Source: Gammaproteobacteria bacterium (lineage in GTDB: Bacteria > Pseudomonadota > Gammaproteobacteria > CBDBNL01 > JAAOII01). Taken from it: 64,000 nt of DNA. The position numbers and the translations under genes were made by a program. Below are positions 31,061-44,373 of the stretch, in pieces (the first letter of the stretch is position 1; each line of letters begins with the position of its first letter). The notes under the pieces are model-generated. The model was not told the origin of the DNA, made no database searches, and saw nothing but the letters and a program-made list of their open reading frames with translations. The stretch lies in the NCBI GenBank assembly GCA_965209035.1, contig OZ242372.1:352001-416000 (forward strand), given 5' to 3'.

Positions 31061-34000
31061 TTAGGACATCTTCTTCAGCAGCCCTGTCAGATACTGCATT
31101 AAAAGTGTCTTATCGTCCGCGGATGACAAATGACGGTGATGCGCGACAGCGGATTGATATTGGGCAAGAAGTTCGGGGTTTCTTTCCCGCCAGTTTGCAA
31201 ACATCGCATCCGCGCTTGCGGCCCCCGCGGAGGCATGTAATTGGGCGGTCATCAGTCTGCCCGCCTGTTCTTGAAAATCTTCCGCCAGATCCCGCAGAAC
31301 CGCCCTTTCCCAATCACTCGCCCGAAACACGGCCATGTCCTCCATACTTCGGATGTGAGAACCTATGGCGAGTTGTTCGTCCAACAGTTGGTAAAGGTCC
31401 CAAAGAATACGCACTTTTTTACCGGTTTTGCATGATAACTCGGATACAAACAACAACTCCGGGGCAGTCTCGGCAATCATATACTCAAAGCGTTTTTCCT
31501 TCTCAAGTTCCATACTTGCCGGCAAAGGGGCCGACCGAGAATTGTCCGGTTTCGCCGCGAGGACATCCGCTAAAACAGGCAAGTTGCGCCGCATTGCATC
31601 ATAAGAGGGAGAATGACGCATGCAAAACCGGATGAGGCGCGCATTTGTTTGCCGCAGTGCAATCAAACTCGGCAGCAACTTCGGGTAATGCCGCGCTTCG
31701 GCGGCAAGTTCAAGACCAAGGCGGGTAAAGTGAAAAAGATGTTCCAAGTGTAAAAAATGAGAAGCAAATCGGGGCAATTGCCGCAGCACCTCGTTGTCGA
31801 CATCCGCCCAAGGAGCAAGTCCGAGGTGATCCACCAACAGATTAACAATACAGACATCCGCCACCTGTTTTACAAAAGGAATGTCATGCATTCGGTTTGC
31901 CATCCGTTTGCGCAGAGGCTGCGGATAATAGAGCGGCAATTGCTTTTCCAACAGAGGCTCCTTAAGCGTATCCTGCTCCGCCAGATGGTGACGCAAGTAG
32001 GTTTTGCACTTACTAATAAGAACGGACAATTCCGGGCGTGTGAGGGCATCTCGCTCCGGCAATAGGCTCTCACCGAGACGCCGCATCAGCGCTTGGTGCA
32101 CTCGGAAAAATTCCTTGGCGCGGTAGTTTTCCAAACTGAGGCACAGACTCTGGGCGTAGTTTTCCGCAAGCACAGACTGAGATACATCCTCGGTCATAGA
32201 TTGAAGAAGTTTAATGCGCGCGGACGCACCCATTTTTTTCAACTGCGATATGAGAATCTTAATATTCACTTCTTTGTCGGAGCAATGCACTCCCCCGCTG
32301 TTGTCATGGGCGTCGGTTGCAATTCTGCCACCGCAGGCCGCAAACTCTATGCGTCCGGCCTGGGTGACGCCCAGGTTTGCCCCTTCGCCGATGACACGCA
32401 CCCGCAAATCTTTTCCGTCCACGCGCATCGGGGCATTCGCCTTGTCACCCAGATCGCGATTAGACTCCGACGCTGCCTTAACATAGGTGCCGATACCGCC
32501 AAACCACAGCAAATCCGCCCGCGCCAACAGTATGTGGCGAATCAACATATCCGGTCTGATTTTCTTGTCTCGGATATTCAATCGCTTGGCAATCTCCTTG
32601 CTGACCCGAATGGACTTGGCACTTCTGGCAAAGACCCCGCCGCCCGCGGACATCAGTTTCGGATTGTAATCACTCCAAGACGAGGCGGTCAGCCCAAACA
32701 GCCGTTTGCGTTCTCTGTAAGAAACGGCCGGATCCGGATTGGGGTCTATGAAAATATCCCGATGATTAAAAGCGGCTATTAAGCAAATCGCCTTTGAAAG
32801 CAGCATCCCGTTGCCAAACACATCGCCGGACATATCGCCTATGCCGACGACATCCGTCCGATCCTTGTCAAGATCCCGACCGAGTTCGGCAAAATGCCGC
32901 CGCACCGAAACCCAAGCACCCTCGGCGGTGATGCCCATGGTCTTGTGGTTGTAACCGGAAGAACCGCCGGAAGCAAAAGCATCGCCCAGCCAGTATTGAT
33001 GCCCGACTGCCACTTCGTTGGCAAGATCCGAGAAGGTGGCGGTTCCCTTGTCCGGGGCGACCACAAGGTAAGTATCCTCACTGTCATAAATGCGCATTCC
33101 CGCCGGTCTTTTCACCTTGCCACCCGCATAGTTATCCGTCAACTGCAACAGGGCATCAATGAACTTGCGATAGGCATCTTGGGGTGAGAGTTTCGGATCC
33201 TTGATGTAAAACCCGCCTTTGCCACCGGTCGGGACAATTAACGCATTTTTGAGAACCTGAGCGGCGACCAGATTTAGAACTTCCTTTCGGTATCCGGCTC
33301 GGCGATCCGACCAGCGAATGCCGCCGCGCGCCAGAGGACCGTCACGCATGTGAACTCCTTCAAAACCGATATCATACACAAATATCTCGCGTTCCGGGTT
33401 CCAACCCTCGGCATAAAAAAGACGCCGCGGAGAAAGTTTGAACGACAACACGGAATTGGCGGCCGGGGGGCGCGTATAAAAATTCGTGCGTTGAATGGCG
33501 CCGATGAGTTCGCGCAGATAACGAAAAATTTGATCTTCCTCGGCGGAAGGGATTGCGTCCGCATAATCGGAAAACTTACCTGCCAGGGCGCGATAAACCT
33601 TTTGCTTGGGTTTTTGACGGGGATCAAACTTTTGAACAAACATTTCTTTAATAAGAAACAACCCTTCGGGATGCGCACAGAAGGCGTTTTCCACATGAGC
33701 CAGATCATAATGGTTCTGCACCTGCCCCAGATAGGCACTCAAACCGCGCAGCAAGCGAACATAATCACCGGACAGACCGGATTTAAGCGTCAGGCGATTA
33801 AAACTGTCGTTCTCGGCTTCCCGCTTATATATGCGGGTAAAATGCTCGGCGAACAGATTCTCCAGTTCGTCCGCAGGCGGCAGAAAATCACCTTTAGGCG
33901 GCGGATATTGCAACTGAAATTCTGTCAGGCGCACCGAATATTTCAGCGAATTCTTTCCCGCCCCTTCAAACAAATAAGGACGAGATGCTGTCGGCTCGGT

Positions 34001-35701
34001 TCCCAGGTTTTCCAAAATATGCACAAGTTGGGACAGAGAAGGTCCGTCACTTCTGTCAAACAAACGCAACTTCCGACCGGAGATATCGAACTCCGCCTCC
34101 AATAATTCCTTGCCTTCGCCGACACTTAGAACCTTGAGAATATCGGAAGTCGCCCCGACAACAGACTGCCGACTGACATAGCCTTCCGGAAAGATCCCCG
34201 CATGTTCGCGAAACATTTTAATGCCCGTATGCTTGCCAAACTTTTCAATAAATGCGGTGCGCAGTTTGCGATTCCAACCTGTCCCGATGGCTTCCAATTC
34301 GGTTTGCAGATTCTTAAGACGCTCTGCGTCAATGTTGGGATTGACTTTGAGCGGGAGTGTGAAAAAAATACGAACCAGTTGCGTTTCGGAGAACAAGATA
34401 TCAAAATCACAGTCGTCACTGTCAAAAATTTCTTGCACAAGTTCCGCAAATCTTTCGCGCAGGCCGGAATCATAATCGTCGCGCGGCATCAGGATCAGGA
34501 CCTGCGCGAACAACTTGTCGTTGTCATAATAGTGGGCACAACGCAGCGTGCTGTAAGAAAATGCTTCCATAACAGGTTCCACCAAATTCGGCAGCTTGTC
34601 ATCCCCGGCTATTTTGAGCAGCTCGTTGCGCGGGTAAGAGGCAACCGAGTAACGCAAAATGCGCCCCCGGTACGAATTGCGAATTAAATGAAAGTGTTTC
34701 AGAAGTCCGTTGAATGTTTCTCTGAGGTGCGGAATGTTTTCAAGGGCGTAGTTATAAAGGTCATAGGCATAAAGAAGAATAAAACGATGCTCTGTGATGC
34801 GGTCTTTCTCTTGTCGTATGCCCAGAGTGATTGCTTCAATATAAACAGGGCGATGAATGAGAGAGCGAACGGGTAACTTGACAAAACGAATCCCTTCACG
34901 CACAGGCAAGCGGGCGTAGGCTTCCAACAACTCCGGCGTCCGTATCTGCGGCCGCAATAACCCCAGAGATGCGGGCCCCGGAGATATGCCCCCCGAAGAT
35001 GCGGGCCCCAAAGACGCGGTTAAGGATGCTTTCTCTGTGTCCGCCCGTCCGTAACCCAAAAACAGACACTTGTCCTCCGCCAGCCAACTGAGAAAATCCA
35101 ACCTGCGTTTTTCCTGTTCGGAATCCGGCCGCACTATTGCGTTATATTCGGCAATGGCCGCGGATAACTTTTGCTTAATCGGCTGCCAATCCCGATTGGA
35201 GATTCGGATTCCCGTAAGAATGTTTTTAATGCCCTCCTTACAAACAGCCGCTTCTTCGGCGGAGAGGGCTTGCAGTTCAAAACGCATCACCACAAATGCC
35301 AGTCCGTTATGTTGCCGGTGTACCTTGTCCTCCGGGAAAAGAATGAAATTGTATTGTGTGTGAATAAAAAAGTTCTGTGTGGCAAAAAAATTGAGAATGG
35401 AGGCAACCGCAAACGGGACATTTTGTATGACGATATCCACATAGGTCGTTTCTTCTTTCGGCGGCGAACGCACCTCCGTATTAATTTTTCCCGTTGTTGT
35501 CTTATCAAAATAACGAAACATAGAAAGCGAATCGGCGAGTGCCTTGCCAGTGCCGATGTGACGCAATTGATGCCCGCCCAGGGCCGCGACCCAACGCCAC
35601 AGAAAGCCCGTGTAGCGTTTATGCTGCTCCGCGGTGAGTTTGGAATGGGATGCCGTGCGGACAGATCGGTTAAGATCCCCCCTGAGTTTTTGTATATCCA
35701 T
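31061..35701 (-). CDS. NAD-specific glutamate dehydrogenase, large type
   Basis: ARGGIRWSDR, KNALIVPTGGKGGF, YLVVAPDKGTATFSD.AN and GDMSGDVFGNGML. Confidence 0.93.
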   Translation of the reverse strand: MDIQKLRGDLNRSVRTASHSKLTAEQHKRYTGFLWRWVAALGGHQLRHIGTGKALADSLSMFRYFDKTTTGKINTEVRSPPKEETTYVDIVIQNVPFAVASILNFFATQNFFIHTQYNFILFPEDKVHRQHNGLAFVVMRFELQALSAEEAAVCKEGIKNILTGIRISNRDWQPIKQKLSAAIAEYNAIVRPDSEQEKRRLDFLSWLAEDKCLFLGYGRADTEKASLTASLGPASSGGISPGPASLGLLRPQIRTPELLEAYARLPVREGIRFVKLPVRSLIHRPVYIEAITLGIRQEKDRITEHRFILLYAYDLYNYALENIPHLRETFNGLLKHFHLIRNSYRGRILRYSVASYPRNELLKIAGDDKLPNLVEPVMEAFSYSTLRCAHYYDNDKLFAQVLILMPRDDYDSGLRERFAELVQEIFDSDDCDFDILFSETQLVRIFFTLPLKVNPNIDAERLKNLQTELEAIGTGWNRKLRTAFIEKFGKHTGIKMFREHAGIFPEGYVSRQSVVGATSDILKVLSVGEGKELLEAEFDISGRKLRLFDRSDGPSLSQLVHILENLGTEPTASRPYLFEGAGKNSLKYSVRLTEFQLQYPPPKGDFLPPADELENLFAEHFTRIYKREAENDSFNRLTLKSGLSGDYVRLLRGLSAYLGQVQNHYDLAHVENAFCAHPEGLFLIKEMFVQKFDPRQKPKQKVYRALAGKFSDYADAIPSAEEDQIFRYLRELIGAIQRTNFYTRPPAANSVLSFKLSPRRLFYAEGWNPEREIFVYDIGFEGVHMRDGPLARGGIRWSDRRAGYRKEVLNLVAAQVLKNALIVPTGGKGGFYIKDPKLSPQDAYRKFIDALLQLTDNYAGGKVKRPAGMRIYDSEDTYLVVAPDKGTATFSDLANEVAVGHQYWLGDAFASGGSSGYNHKTMGITAEGAWVSVRRHFAELGRDLDKDRTDVVGIGDMSGDVFGNGMLLSKAICLIAAFNHRDIFIDPNPDPAVSYRERKRLFGLTASSWSDYNPKLMSAGGGVFARSAKSIRVSKEIAKRLNIRDKKIRPDMLIRHILLARADLLWFGGIGTYVKAASESNRDLGDKANAPMRVDGKDLRVRVIGEGANLGVTQAGRIEFAACGGRIATDAHDNSGGVHCSDKEVNIKILISQLKKMGASARIKLLQSMTEDVSQSVLAENYAQSLCLSLENYRAKEFFRVHQALMRRLGESLLPERDALTRPELSVLISKCKTYLRHHLAEQDTLKEPLLEKQLPLYYPQPLRKRMANRMHDIPFVKQVADVCIVNLLVDHLGLAPWADVDNEVLRQLPRFASHFLHLEHLFHFTRLGLELAAEARHYPKLLPSLIALRQTNARLIRFCMRHSPSYDAMRRNLPVLADVLAAKPDNSRSAPLPASMELEKEKRFEYMIAETAPELLFVSELSCKTGKKVRILWDLYQLLDEQLAIGSHIRSMEDMAVFRASDWERAVLRDLAEDFQEQAGRLMTAQLHASAGAASADAMFANWRERNPELLAQYQSAVAHHRHLSSADDKTLLMQYLTGLLKKMS

Positions 35702-35760
35702 TCTTAATAATATAACGATAGGCTTCTATAATCCCGGACTCTTATTGCCGGAAAAGCAAT

Positions 35761-36456
35761 TTAGAACCAACGGTCATTTCCGTTTCGGCGGCGGTTTTTC
35801 TCTTCCTTTAAGGACCGAAGGCCGCCGCCGTTGCGATCTTTCGTGTAAAGTCTTTCCGTAGTGATACCGCAGCCTTTGAGTTGCCGGTGATAAATCAAAG
35901 TGCGTTTGTAAACCTTGGATGCAACCTCAAGGACTTTGCTGTGAATATCCCGACTGCCATCTTCCGGCAAGGCACTCCAGCCGTCATGATAAAAAACATA
36001 CAAACTTGCGATATCATACGGGGACAGTTCTTCGTTCGCCGCGACCGATTTTGCCGAATACCAGCCGATAAAGTATATGGCATCGCCAAACTTGTCTCGG
36101 CGCGCCCTTTGCATATTAGTTTCACTTTGAAACTGACGCCAGGTGGCATCTATGGCCTGCGCGTAGCCGTAAGCCGAACTTAAGAGTTTGCCGTTCTTAT
36201 CGCGGGGGCGGGCATTGGCTCGGAAAGAACTTTCGTGATAAATGATCGCCATCATCAATTCCACGGGAATTCCCCATTTTTGATAACTTGCCTGAGCGGG
36301 TGCCACCCAATGGGGTTTTTCGCGAAAAATCTTGCAGACATTATTCCGTTCTGTGGGTGGCTTTTCGTAAGAAGCATTTTGCGCCGATTGTTGCGGGATT
36401 GTGCTGCAAGAAAATACAGCCAGACAGACAAGTAATACAAGCAATCGCCACATCAT
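35761..36456 (-). CDS. Transglycosylase SLT-domain lipoprotein
   Basis: Lipobox VFSC; AIIYHESSF...A and SSAYGYAQA.D.TW. Confidence 0.85.
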   Translation of the reverse strand: MMWRLLVLLVCLAVFSCSTIPQQSAQNASYEKPPTERNNVCKIFREKPHWVAPAQASYQKWGIPVELMMAIIYHESSFRANARPRDKNGKLLSSAYGYAQAIDATWRQFQSETNMQRARRDKFGDAIYFIGWYSAKSVAANEELSPYDIASLYVFYHDGWSALPEDGSRDIHSKVLEVASKVYKRTLIYHRQLKGCGITTERLYTKDRNGGGLRSLKEEKNRRRNGNDRWF

Positions 36457-36530
36457 TTGTTAAATATTTGTTAGATGAGTTTGGGGGCGGGGTAGCGAGT
36501 GGCGGGTGGCGGAGGACACTTAAAGTAAAG

Positions 36531-39495
<2,965 letters not shown>

Positions 39496-39502
39496 CTTGC
39501 TA

Positions 39503-39555
39503 TGCCCCCCGTTCTGCTCCCCGTTATGTTCCCCGTCATGTTCCCCGTCGTGTTC
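39503..39555. repeat. 12-bp degenerate tandem repeat TGYYCCCCGTYN, 4 copies, filling the pth-zipA gap
   Basis: Directly visible. Confidence 0.8.
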
Positions 39556-40123
39556 ATAGACCGGAAAGTTTTCTTATGGAATGCTCCCTGTTTCCGAACA
39601 CAAATTCTTCCAAGATACTTAAAATTTCGTCCGCAAGATCGACATAAACGCTTCTTTCCTCGGGTGGCGGTGCCGCGAGAACATATTTTGTGACATCCGC
39701 CTTGCTTGCCGGACGGCCTATGCCGATGCGCAGCCGCCAGTAATCCCGTGTTTGCAAATGGTTACTCATACTGACCAGCCCGTTATGTCCGCCCTCGCTA
39801 CCGCCGAACTTAAATCGCAGTTTCCCGAGCGGAAAGTCCAACTCATCGTGCATCACCAGAATATTTTCCGGCGACACCGATTTTTTTTTTGCATAGGGTC
39901 CGATCGCTTTTCCGCTATCGTTCATATATGTGAGCGGTCGGATTAGAAATACCGCCTCTTTCCACATGCCCCCCAGAATGTTTTTATGCTTAATAGTCGG
40001 TTTGACTCCCTCTCGCCGAGCGAGTTCTGCTTCAAAAAAAAGTCCCAAATTGTGCCGATGATTTTTATAAGCGGGGCCCGGATTACCCAAACCAACAATC
40101 ATCTTTATCTCTTCATCCGACAC
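39554..40123 (-). CDS. pth: Peptidyl-tRNA hydrolase
   Basis: IVGLGNPG..Y...RHN, P.TYMN.SG, HDELD, GGHNGL and RLRIGIG. Confidence 0.95.
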   Translation of the reverse strand: MSDEEIKMIVGLGNPGPAYKNHRHNLGLFFEAELARREGVKPTIKHKNILGGMWKEAVFLIRPLTYMNDSGKAIGPYAKKKSVSPENILVMHDELDFPLGKLRFKFGGSEGGHNGLVSMSNHLQTRDYWRLRIGIGRPASKADVTKYVLAAPPPEERSVYVDLADEILSILEEFVFGNREHSIRKLSGL

Positions 40124-40192
40124 AGTACAAAAATTGCAAAGAATGCAAAGAAGTTTTTATTCGCCGGCCGCCGATGCTTATTCCGACTCCTC

Positions 40193-40885
40193 TTATTTGT
40201 TTTCTTCTTCCTTGGTTTCCGCGGCCGCCTCGCCCTCTTCGGCCGGCTCTTCGGCTGCTCCCACTACTTCCGCTTCGTCGGCGGTGACCCGTTGTTCTGT
40301 GACGCGCACCACAGGCAAATCATGGCTATGTTCACCTTCCTTATCCTGCATCAAAGCCGTCGCTTCCACACCGGCCGGCAATTTAAGATCCCTGATGTGA
40401 AGAATATCATGGAGTTCAACTTCCTCGAGGTCCACTTCCACAAAAGGAGGCAGATCCCCGGGCAAACAACTCACTTCCAATTCGGTCATCTCATGTGAGA
40501 CAGCACCGCCTTGCTGCTTAACACCGACACAAGTATCCTCATTAAGAAAATGGATCGGCACACGCATAGTAATCTTGACATCTTCTTTGACACGCATAAA
40601 ATCCGCATGCACAAAGCGGCGTTTATATGCGTGCCGCTGCAAGGACTTAAGCACAGTCTTTTCATTTTTACTTTTATCTTTCTCGGGTGTCAGTTGAACG
40701 ACCTGTGAGAAAAAACTTTCGTTCTCGCTGATCTTTGCAAGATGCTTCTGTCTTATTTTGATCAATTGCGGTTTCTTGTCACCGCCATAAATGACCGCGG
40801 GAACCATATCCTCCGCCCGTCTGAGTTTACGAACAGCAACGGTTCCGGTAACCTCCCGCGGCTGATATTCAAGATTTAATTCCAT
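40193..40885 (-). CDS. rplY: 50S ribosomal protein L25 / Ctc
   Basis: RKLRR..VPAVIYG, HADF and GVKQQGG; lies between prs and pth. Confidence 0.95.
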   Translation of the reverse strand: MELNLEYQPREVTGTVAVRKLRRAEDMVPAVIYGGDKKPQLIKIRQKHLAKISENESFFSQVVQLTPEKDKSKNEKTVLKSLQRHAYKRRFVHADFMRVKEDVKITMRVPIHFLNEDTCVGVKQQGGAVSHEMTELEVSCLPGDLPPFVEVDLEEVELHDILHIRDLKLPAGVEATALMQDKEGEHSHDLPVVRVTEQRVTADEAEVVGAAEEPAEEGEAAAETKEEENK

Positions 40886-41059
40886 AATTTTATTAAGTTG
40901 TGCTCAAATTTTTAGAGTTTAATTAAAGTTCTATTGAATCTATTTTACTACAAAACAACTTTCAAATTGACCGCTGACAGACATAATCCGTAAATTTTCC
41001 AGTCCCGCTGCCCCGCCTCCGGCAAACGGCAAAATTTCCGTCGCATCCGTTTGAAACCG

Positions 41060-42028
41060 TTAAAAAAGCGCAATGATGGACTCTTCATGGGCAACGCGCC
41101 GAATGGCTTCCGCCAACAGGGGGGCAAGAGTAATCTGTTCTATCTTCGGGCAGTTCCGGACCTTCTCGTCCAACGCAATCGTATCGGAAACGACCAGGTG
41201 GTCCAACTCCGATGCGATGATGTTATCCAACGCCCGACCGGACAACACGGGATGCACCACATAAGCAAAAACGCGCAAGGCGCCGCCCTTCTTCAAGGCG
41301 TTGGCCGCACCGCACAGGGTGCCTGCGGTATCCACCATATCATCCACCAGAATACAAACCTTGTCTTTGATATCGCCGATGATGTTCATCACTTCCGAAT
41401 GATTGGGGCTTGGGCGACGCTTGTCAACAATAGCCAAAGCACTCTGATCCAGAGATTTGGCAAAAGCGCGGGCTCGCAAGACCCCGCCGATATCCGGTGA
41501 AACAACAACCGGTCCGCCGATGTTGGTATTCTTTTTTTTCAGATGCTCTACAAGAATGCGCGTGCTGTAAACATTGTCCACAGGGATGCTAAAAAATCCT
41601 TGAATTTGGTCGGCATGCAGATCCACGGTCAGCATCCGATCCACACCGGCATGCACCATAGCATCCGCCACCACTCTGGCACTAATTGGCACCCGCTGCG
41701 AACGCGGTCGGCGATCCTGACGGGCATAACCGAAATACGGCATAACCGCTGTCACACGGGCCGCCGACGCACGGCGGGCGGCATCCGCCAGTAATAACAA
41801 CTCCATCAGATAATAATTGGGATGCTTGCAATTGGACTGCAATAAAAACACATCCTTGCCGCGAATATTTTCATTAATTTCCACCGAAACCTCGCCGTCG
41901 CTGAAACGACCGACCGCGGCGTCACCCAAAGACATTCCAAGGCACTTGGCAATGCTCTGCGCCAATTCCGGATTGGAATTGCCGGTTAATAAACAGAGTT
42001 TTGGAGCGTTGTTCGGAGTGTTATTCAT
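41060..42028 (-). CDS. prs: Ribose-phosphate pyrophosphokinase
   Basis: [26 protein letters not shown] and [10 protein letters not shown]. Confidence 0.97.
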   Translation of the reverse strand: MNNTPNNAPKLCLLTGNSNPELAQSIAKCLGMSLGDAAVGRFSDGEVSVEINENIRGKDVFLLQSNCKHPNYYLMELLLLADAARRASAARVTAVMPYFGYARQDRRPRSQRVPISARVVADAMVHAGVDRMLTVDLHADQIQGFFSIPVDNVYSTRILVEHLKKKNTNIGGPVVVSPDIGGVLRARAFAKSLDQSALAIVDKRRPSPNHSEVMNIIGDIKDKVCILVDDMVDTAGTLCGAANALKKGGALRVFAYVVHPVLSGRALDNIIASELDHLVVSDTIALDEKVRNCPKIEQITLAPLLAEAIRRVAHEESIIALF

Positions 42029-42376
42029 CGCGTGTTTCCCTTATTTTAGCACCGGAGCCCGTCTGTTTATAAGTAAAATCCGCTATCCGCCCAAGAATTG
42101 ATTTTTTATGCATCATTTCACCGTCCAATTCCGCCCGGTTTTGGATGTTTATATTGTTGTGGGTTTTTATAGGTTCTTGCGGTTTTTTGTGTGTTGCTAT
42201 CCGAAGCGAACCGGTGACCTTGCCCGGGCAAGCGGAGGGACAGACAAACGGGCGGGCTGGTTAGTTAGGCAGATTAGTTTGTTAGATTGCACCGAAATGC
42301 CGGGGCGACGAGTTTACCAACCGCCCAGGCTGCTTTGCTCTAACAAAAAGCCTGTGCTTGTTCTTCGTTAATTGCG

Positions 42377-44305
42377 TTATTGTTTGTCTCGGCCTTGTGC
42401 CGCCAGACCGCCGGGCATGCAGTTCAGAGCCGGATATTGTGTGCTGTTACCGAGATCCCAAACACGGATGAAACGATCATCCTCCGGCTTGGTCTCACTT
42501 TCCCTCTCATCGCCCGTATTCGGATCGCACCAGAAGTTGCCCCAGGCGGCATAGATCCCCGTGAAGTCGGGGTCTTCGGGGGTTTGCAAGTCAGTGGGGA
42601 GCAGCCCCATACCGAGAACATCACCGGTACTGTTGGTTGCACTGGTTGGTCGCATGGTGGTCTCATTATTCCAATAGGAATCTTCAACGATTGTGAAATC
42701 ATTAGCAGAGCCTAACAGACCGCCAACATCACTATTCCCGGAAACTCTTCCGCCGGACGCATAAGCAAAGCCAATATTAGTAGGTGACCCATTCCCGACC
42801 AGTCCGCCAACTTGCAAATTCCCGGAAACTCTTCCGCCGGACACATAAGCATGGCGAATATTGGCAGACTGCCCATGCCCGACCAGTCCGCCAACAGGTT
42901 CATTCCCGGAAATATCTACGCCGGACATATAAGCATAGCGAATATCCGCTCGCTCCCCATACCCAACCAGTCCGCCAACACTAAGTTCCCCGGAAATACT
43001 GACACCGGACACATGAACATAGCGAATATTAGCATTCAGACCTTCCCCAACCAGTGCGCCCACTCTGTTGCCGGGCGGACTCATCACACTACCGCCCGTA
43101 ATCGATACATTCCGAATGCGGTTATTCCCGTTAAAACCCACAGAGCCCACTAATATACCGATATAATGCGAGCCGCCACCGACGCGTGCATCCGAAAGAT
43201 GTAAGTTTTGGATACGGCCATTCAACGCAGCAAATAACCCCACACCAACCGAACCACCAGGCGCACTGATAAACAGATTGGCAATACTCCAACCTTGACC
43301 GTCAAGAATCGCCGCATAAGCATCTGCTGAGCAAAGAGCACTAAAAAAGTCACAGGAGCCGATCGGCTGCCAGCCGTGGCCGCTGCGATTTGTCCAGGCA
43401 GCCATCTTATCGCTGCCCTTGGCATAGGAATCCGGATCGCTGAAATTCAACGAGCGAGTCAATTCATAGCCATTACAGCCGGAACCCGGGCAACCCACAG
43501 CACCCACAGCGTCAATCGCATCAATATTGCCATCATCCGTCCCATTGCCATTTAGATCATCGCGCAGCCGCGCCAAGTCATCCAAAGTGTGGATTTCTAT
43601 GAGACCGTTATTATTGTCGTCCACATCTACCGTATTCAGGTGTGTGTCATCGTCTACATCCGGATCACAGGCATCGCCTAGTGCATCGCCGCCACCCGGC
43701 AGCATCTTGTCCGTATTGGTTTGGTCCGCATTCTTTATCAGTTGGCAGTTGTCGACATCGTCATTCACACCGTCATTGTCATCGTCCGGATCCAGACTAT
43801 CCGGCAGAGTGTCACCGTCTGTGTTGTTCCCGGTTCGGCGCAGCGGGCCCGAGACCACCTTGGATACACCGCCGTCTTCATACAGGATGGACAAACTGAC
43901 TGTGTAATTGCTCTCATCTGTCAGGTCATCAAGTACATAGTCCACCATTGCCAGGGCGGCCTTATCCGCATCATCCCCGGTAAGTTCCGAGTCTAATGCG
44001 GGCGGAGTCGTACTCACCCAACTGATCCTGAAGTCGCTGATATCGGTGCGATTCGGGTTGGTCCAACTGAGTTGCAAACTGCTTTCAGCCGGAATAATTT
44101 TTAGGTCGGAAACACCGGGAGGAGGAGTGCCACCGCCACCGGAACCACCACCACCTCCTCCACCACAGGCAGCGAGTAGGGCAATGCAGACAACCGACAG
44201 GGCGATTGTCAATAATAGATTGATACCATTGCGTGCCGTTTGCCCGGTCGCGACGATGCATGCAATGCAGTTGCTACTGAGAGTTTTTATTGCAAATATT
44301 TTCAT
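42377..44305 (-). CDS. Surface lipoprotein paralogue A (Fn3-like/TSP3/GLUG)
   Basis: Lipobox LAAC plus poly-Gly, TSP3 repeats, NGLIEI, repeated VGGLVG and WCDP.TG C-terminus. Confidence 0.85.
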   Translation of the reverse strand: MKIFAIKTLSSNCIACIVATGQTARNGINLLLTIALSVVCIALLAACGGGGGGGSGGGGTPPPGVSDLKIIPAESSLQLSWTNPNRTDISDFRISWVSTTPPALDSELTGDDADKAALAMVDYVLDDLTDESNYTVSLSILYEDGGVSKVVSGPLRRTGNNTDGDTLPDSLDPDDDNDGVNDDVDNCQLIKNADQTNTDKMLPGGGDALGDACDPDVDDDTHLNTVDVDDNNNGLIEIHTLDDLARLRDDLNGNGTDDGNIDAIDAVGAVGCPGSGCNGYELTRSLNFSDPDSYAKGSDKMAAWTNRSGHGWQPIGSCDFFSALCSADAYAAILDGQGWSIANLFISAPGGSVGVGLFAALNGRIQNLHLSDARVGGGSHYIGILVGSVGFNGNNRIRNVSITGGSVMSPPGNRVGALVGEGLNANIRYVHVSGVSISGELSVGGLVGYGERADIRYAYMSGVDISGNEPVGGLVGHGQSANIRHAYVSGGRVSGNLQVGGLVGNGSPTNIGFAYASGGRVSGNSDVGGLLGSANDFTIVEDSYWNNETTMRPTSATNSTGDVLGMGLLPTDLQTPEDPDFTGIYAAWGNFWCDPNTGDERESETKPEDDRFIRVWDLGNSTQYPALNCMPGGLAAQGRDKQ

Positions 44306-44373
44306 AATTTCTTTTTGTAATAGGTTTGTAATATAGTTCTAAAATAATGAAGGGTAATCCTCGCGTTATTGTG

